Assembly: GCF_000018465.1 (NCBI RefSeq)
Contig: NC_010085.1
Span: 1,080,001-1,112,000, forward strand
Origin: Nitrosopumilus maritimus SCM1
GTDB lineage: Archaea; Thermoproteota; Nitrososphaeria; Nitrososphaerales; Nitrosopumilaceae
Direction of reading: 5' to 3'
DNA: 32,000 nucleotides
The notes beneath the pieces are model-generated. The model was not told the origin of the DNA. It searched no databases and saw only the letters and a list, made by a program, of their open reading frames with translations. Within the stretch, counting starts at the first letter, position 1. Every line of letters starts with the position of its first letter. Positions 27,700 to 32,000 of the stretch are shown piece by piece. A program made the translations under genes and the position numbers.

Positions 27700-27734
27700 G
27701 GCATGCCGTACTACGGAAGACTATCAACTAATAA
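27700..27734 (+). promoter_or_regulatory. RCATRCCGYA element with extended tail upstream of 27755 gene
   Basis: GGCATGCCGTACTACGGAAGACTATCAACTAATAA preceded by TTTTTAAAAATG (TATA-like). Confidence 0.55.
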
Positions 27735-27754
27735 TAATTATGACTATGTAAACC

Positions 27755-28102
27755 ATGAAACAAAAAATACTTTTGTTAGCTGCATTGTTTGCTCCTTTGC
27801 TGTTGGTATTTTCAAATATACCTGCAGCTGAAGCGCAACAAAGCACTAACTATGAGCACGATCCAAACATAGAAAAAGTCATTGTTGAAAAACGAGAAGG
27901 AACCGCAGGTTATGCAAATTATCTTGTAAAAATTTGTGCGGATGACAGTTCCATGAAACTCGGAAAGATGATGCTTCATTCAGATTTGGATCAAATACTT
28001 TTGGAGTTCAACAAAAGTCTTGCAAAAGGAGATTGTACCTTTGCAGGAGCAGTGCTCAAAAACAGCAATCTTGACAGTCTTGGTGCTACATTTCTTAATT
28101 AG
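27755..28102 (+). CDS. Small exported protein, unknown function
   Basis: Signal peptide MKQKILLLAALFAPLLLVFSNIPAAEAQ; 115 aa with two Cys in the mature part. Confidence 0.75.
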   Translation: MKQKILLLAALFAPLLLVFSNIPAAEAQQSTNYEHDPNIEKVIVEKREGTAGYANYLVKICADDSSMKLGKMMLHSDLDQILLEFNKSLAKGDCTFAGAVLKNSNLDSLGATFLN

Positions 28103-28336
28103 CTCCCAAGACTTGATTATTTTTTATCAATCAATGATTCATACTTCAAAGATCGATCATGTATATTGGTAGAATCTGTCAACATATTTTCCATTTTAAA
28201 CATTGCAGAAATTAGTTATGAAATTTGGAAAAAAGTTTCCATACGTTATTCAATGGGATTTCATCACAATACTTGAAGCAGTTTTGTTAAACAAAGCAAT
28301 GAAAGGATATATTTTTTGGTTAAGGGATATAAAAAG

Positions 28337-28370
28337 ACATACCGCATTATGGTAGACTATCAACTAATAA
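28337..28370 (+). promoter_or_regulatory. RCATRCCGYA element with extended tail upstream of 28392 gene
   Basis: GACATACCGCATTATGGTAGACTATCAACTAATA preceded by GGATATAAAAA (TATA-like). Confidence 0.55.
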
Positions 28371-28391
28371 CATCATCAGCAAATCCATACA

Positions 28392-28916
28392 ATGACGAAA
28401 AAACAAACAGTCATCATGACAATGCTTCCAGCACTAGCAATGATGCTACTAATTACTCCAACAGTAGAACAATCATATGCCCAGGTGCAAAAATCCACTC
28501 ATCCTGATGTACAAAGACTATCACCCAGTTCATTCGGCATAAAGACTGCGGACAGGGTATGCGGAGACAAGCTGTGTTCTGAAATAAGAGAACCTGTAAT
28601 CAACATAGAAGAAGAAGATACCATTCAAGAAGTCACGGAGGAGTTGGATCATATGCCTGATCTTGACTTGCTTAACATAATCAAATACAGGAAAAATTCT
28701 GTTGATCCAGTTTCTCATGTCTTAATTTACAAGATTACTGGCGGCACATTAAACCTAGCAGACATTGCCATAGAAGCATCATCAGACATTAATGAAGTCA
28801 AATACAACGTAACAGCACTGAGTGCAGAAAAGTCGACCACAAACGTTGTACGCATAATGGCTTTAGACCCAGATTCCATCAATGTACAAGTGGTAGGTTA
28901 CACACTAAAACAATAG
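28392..28916 (+). CDS. Exported protein, unknown function
   Basis: Signal peptide MTKKQTVIMTMLPALAMMLLITPTVEQSYAQ; 174 aa. Confidence 0.75.
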   Translation: MTKKQTVIMTMLPALAMMLLITPTVEQSYAQVQKSTHPDVQRLSPSSFGIKTADRVCGDKLCSEIREPVINIEEEDTIQEVTEELDHMPDLDLLNIIKYRKNSVDPVSHVLIYKITGGTLNLADIAIEASSDINEVKYNVTALSAEKSTTNVVRIMALDPDSINVQVVGYTLKQ

Positions 28917-29031
28917 TCCCTGTAAACACCTATTTTTTCTTTTATTATTTTTACAGTGTTTGTTTAGTGAGAAACTAGATTGAATCCCATAATGTTGAGC
29001 CATTTGTTCATAAAGCATTTTCACAATTTCA

Positions 29032-29145
29032 TTATTCTAGGGATTTTTTAGGAATTACCTTCCAATGACCAGGTCCAGCATCAATCACATGTTTCAATAG
29101 TTTCTCAAGTTCAGTATATTTTTTTCCACAAGAACAATAATTCAA
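29032..29145 (-). CDS. Possible 37-aa Cys-containing microprotein (TTG start)
   Basis: Not in the ORF track: (L/M)NYCSCGKKYTELEKLLKHVIDAGPGHWKVIPKKSLE*; a promoter-like element lies upstream at 29193-29217. Confidence 0.4.
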   Translation of the reverse strand: MNYCSCGKKYTELEKLLKHVIDAGPGHWKVIPKKSLE

Positions 29146-29192
29146 GGATTACTTACTGAATTATGCAAAAAATATTAGTATTGTCTGATTGG

Positions 29193-29217
29193 ATGCGGTA
29201 TGCCCATACACATAAAG
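29193..29217 (-). promoter_or_regulatory. TATA-like plus RCATRCCGYA element, reverse strand
   Basis: Reverse strand CTTTATGTGTATGGGCATACCGCAT is near-identical to 23270-23293. Confidence 0.5.
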
Positions 29218-29413
29218 AATCAGAAGTAAAGATAGTTTCTAACAAGAAAACTAGGATTCAGACTCTAGTTATTCAAAAGGACTGGGGCTTTGGTTTGACT
29301 CTGAGTTCTGCAAATACTTAAGAAAATATTGTCACAAGTTAAGACTTAAAATCAATATTTTTTATAAAATATTTGCAAGGACATAATCAAATAAACTATC
29401 AGATATATCCATG

Positions 29414-30718
29414 TCAGTTATCCATACCAAATTTGTTTTTAACATAAGTTTCAATTGCATTCATATTATCTTTATTTGAATCACCAAAAACAAAAAATCG
29501 TTCAATAGCAGAATTTTTTACAGTAATGGGTGAGAAATCATCTAATTTTCGAGGTATATTTTTCCAAAGAACAAGTATTTCCCCATCATACAGACCAACA
29601 GGGATTTTTGAAAGATATGCTATTGTATCAGAATATTCTAGTCCCAAAGATTGAGACATTTCTGCAGCAAATTGTTTTAATTTGGAATAATCCATTTTCA
29701 TTACTTGATCTCTGATTATTGCATTTTCAATTTCTTTATCAGGGAGAATTTCACAAGCACGTTTTAACAAATTTCGTTTTTGAATATTTTTTAAAATTCT
29801 TGCAGATTTGCTGTCAGGTTTAGTGTTAATAATTTCGTCATAAATAGTCTTATCATTTAATTTCAAGTAGTATTCTAAAAATTCATCATTACCATTTAAT
29901 GTAGAATTATCAGCTTTTAGTTTGTCTATTGGGATGATTTCTTCTTCATTTGTAGCTAAATCTAATGCTCGCAGAAACATTTGATCCGCAGTTAATCTTG
30001 CATGGTGTTGATATACTTGAGCATGCATTAGATAGCGTCCCAATCGATAGTTTTCAATTGAGTCTTTTCCTTTATCCTGAATGCAAATTCTTTGTTCGTC
30101 TGTTTCAGTACTAGTTATAGTGTGGATTATTCTTGCTAAATCAAATTGTCCGTAAGCAACACCAATATGATATGAATCTCTTCGTAGATAATCCATCTTA
30201 TCTACATCTAATGCACTTGAAATAACATCACTTGCCAGAGTACTCAATCCTGAATCCCAATCAGAAACAGGTTTGTGGTCTAACAGTTGGATTATTTTTT
30301 GAGATTTATCACCTAAAATACTTTGAAGTTCAGGGTTTTTTGAAATGATCAACATAGAAATCCATTCATGATCAATTTTGTTTTCATTAACATTTGAGAT
30401 TACGGATTCAAATAGATGAGAATAGGGTCCATGTCCAACATCATGAAGTAATGCAGCCAGTCTTACAATTTCTTTAGTAGTATCATCAAAATTCAATTGA
30501 TCACATACTTTACCTGCAAGATGCGTAGCCCCAAGAGAGTGTTCAAATCTAGTATGAATTGCAGTTGGATAAACAACAAATGCATGAGATAGTTGTTTTA
30601 TGTTCAACAATCGACGGAAGGGTGAAGAGTCAATCACCTGTTGTTCAGTTTTTGAAATATCTATAAAGCCATACAGAGGATCTCTAATGGATTTATACTT
30701 AAAATCAATTTTTGACAA
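29414..30718 (-). CDS. HD-domain phosphohydrolase (dGTPase/YwfO-like)
   Basis: TRFEHSLGATHLAGKVC, LAALLHDVGHGPYSHLFE, DKMDYLRRDSYHIGVAYG. Confidence 0.93.
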   Translation of the reverse strand: MSKIDFKYKSIRDPLYGFIDISKTEQQVIDSSPFRRLLNIKQLSHAFVVYPTAIHTRFEHSLGATHLAGKVCDQLNFDDTTKEIVRLAALLHDVGHGPYSHLFESVISNVNENKIDHEWISMLIISKNPELQSILGDKSQKIIQLLDHKPVSDWDSGLSTLASDVISSALDVDKMDYLRRDSYHIGVAYGQFDLARIIHTITSTETDEQRICIQDKGKDSIENYRLGRYLMHAQVYQHHARLTADQMFLRALDLATNEEEIIPIDKLKADNSTLNGNDEFLEYYLKLNDKTIYDEIINTKPDSKSARILKNIQKRNLLKRACEILPDKEIENAIIRDQVMKMDYSKLKQFAAEMSQSLGLEYSDTIAYLSKIPVGLYDGEILVLWKNIPRKLDDFSPITVKNSAIERFFVFGDSNKDNMNAIETYVKNKFGMDN

Positions 30719-31259
30719 TATTCACTAATTTTAATTCTTTAAGAAGTCCTACACCTTGAGATACATCATCAGGAGTAAGCTCCCAACCAAGTTTTTCTGC
30801 AGTTTTTATTGCATCATCATAATCCATTACTTTTTCTTTATCAGGATTGTTTTCCAACATAAAATACATTTTTGCAGCATATGAAAGAGGTGCAGTTTTT
30901 AATTTACAAAATTTATCACATGTAGATACCAAATATTTAATTTTTTGATATTCTGTAGGAAATGTAGATTTTACATGATTTGCCATATCTTGCCCATCAG
31001 GGGTTAAACGATACTTATAGCCCTCATGCATTTTTCCAGGAATTTTAATTTCATCAATAAAAGAATAGGTAACCATTTTTTCTAAAGCTAAACTAAGTTC
31101 TGGACTGTAAGGACCATAATAGTGAGGTTTGTAAACAGGGAGTGTAAGTCCTTCAATAGTTTTGTTTGAAAGGTATACTAGTTTATGGATCGCTGTTCGT
31201 CCAACAATTTCACCATTGTTTGAATCAAGTATTGATTCAACAGTTTCATAAACATCCAC
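30705..31259 (-). CDS. YwgA/SocA(Panacea)-like protein, possibly antitoxin-like fold
   Basis: 184 aa; AIHKLVYLSNKTIEGL...YKPHYYGPYSPELSLALEKMV...FIDE pattern; 14-bp overlap with the start of the HD gene. Confidence 0.6.
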   Translation of the reverse strand: MDVYETVESILDSNNGEIVGRTAIHKLVYLSNKTIEGLTLPVYKPHYYGPYSPELSLALEKMVTYSFIDEIKIPGKMHEGYKYRLTPDGQDMANHVKSTFPTEYQKIKYLVSTCDKFCKLKTAPLSYAAKMYFMLENNPDKEKVMDYDDAIKTAEKLGWELTPDDVSQGVGLLKELKLVNIVKN

Positions 31260-31484
31260 AATACAACACCAACAAATTAATCAAATGTTCCACGTATATG
31301 ACATTTTTAAAAATATCTCAGATCTAAGTTGATTTGTTAATGATTTTAACTTGACACTTTCCAAAAACAAATTATTCAAGAGATAAAATTATCTGGAAAT
31401 AAATAAAACATGAGGTTATTATGGTATTACCTTTTAAGAATCAACTTTTTAGGAAGAAGTCTCCAACAGATAGGGATCTAAAAA

Positions 31485-32000
31485 TTGTATAAATTTGCAC
31501 ATGTTTCAGATATTCACCTAGGATTTCAAGACAAAAAAGAACTTCAAAAAATAGAACAAGAGGTATTTGAAGAAGTGGTTTGCACATGCATAAAACAAAA
31601 AGTAGATTTTGTGTTGATTACAGGTGATTTATTTCATAGAAACCTTCCAGAAATGAGAGTTCAAAGATTTGCATTTAAAAATTTCAAAAAACTTTATGAT
31701 GCAAAAATTCCAATTTATGTAGTATATGGCAGCCATGATTTTAGCCCTATAGAATACTCAGTGATAGATCTACTAACAGATGTGGGATACTTAACCAAAG
31801 TTTCAAAGGAACACACAAACAATGAAAAAACAGAATTAGATTTTACTGAAGACCCAAAAACAAAAGTGAAATTAGTAGGAATTTCAGGCAGAACAGCAGG
31901 AATAGATAAAGAAAATTATGAAAATTTGGAACTACCAGTACTAGATAATAGCTTTAAGATATTTTTGTTTCATATTGGTATTGATGAACTAAACTCTAGT
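31485..32000 (+). CDS. Mre11/SbcD-like DNA repair exonuclease (calcineurin-like phosphoesterase), 3'-truncated at window edge
   Basis: Not in the ORF track: TTG start then YKFAHVSDIHLGFQDKKELQ...VDFVLITGDLFHRNLPEM...IYVVYGSHDFSP; metallophosphatase motifs DxH, GDLFH and GSHD. Confidence 0.88.
   Translation, partial: MYKFAHVSDIHLGFQDKKELQKIEQEVFEEVVCTCIKQKVDFVLITGDLFHRNLPEMRVQRFAFKNFKKLYDAKIPIYVVYGSHDFSPIEYSVIDLLTDVGYLTKVSKEHTNNEKTELDFTEDPKTKVKLVGISGRTAGIDKENYENLELPVLDNSFKIFLFHIGIDELNSS

Noticed and set aside
1-32000. tRNA/rRNA genes and CRISPR arrays
   Set aside because: None recognised by eye in the intergenic regions; a tRNAscan-SE/Infernal run would be needed to exclude them.

Overview
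AT-rich archaeal window, very probably from a Nitrosopumilus-like ammonia-oxidising thaumarchaeote (Nitrososphaerota). The inference comes from the protein families present and the large S-layer-type protein at 16377..21503(-). The left half (1..15.6 kb) is ordinary: a DsbA-like thioredoxin-fold protein (5'-truncated), a DEAD-box helicase with an RGG tail, two stand-alone Lrp/AsnC RAM proteins, a YyaL/DUF255 protein, a zinc alcohol dehydrogenase, TruD, a Vgb-like propeller protein and Pth2. It also holds several small hypothetical, membrane or zinc-ribbon proteins, one of them with a perfect 93-bp x3 tandem repeat. The right half is more interesting. Next to the S-layer gene is a mirror-image signalling island: receiver-only RR1 (+) / winged-helix-like WH1 (-) / exported PEFG-tailed protein (+) / WH2 (+) / receiver-only RR2 (-) / Cache-HAMP histidine kinase (-). 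RR1 and RR2 share two nucleotide-identical blocks of 113 and 126 bp separated by diverged sequence, which suggests recent gene conversion or duplication. A recurring element, RCATRCCGYA, occurs at least 8 times between 16.3 and 29.2 kb, often just after a TATA-like stretch. Sites lie before the S-layer gene, the PEFG protein and two small exported proteins, over the WH1 start codon and near the kinase gene. The S-layer leader, including a 16-bp palindrome, is also duplicated just downstream of the S-layer gene with no S-layer ORF behind it. My main hypothesis is a split two-component, cell-envelope regulatory system with its own cis element. No CRISPR array, transposase, rRNA or tRNA was recognised by eye.
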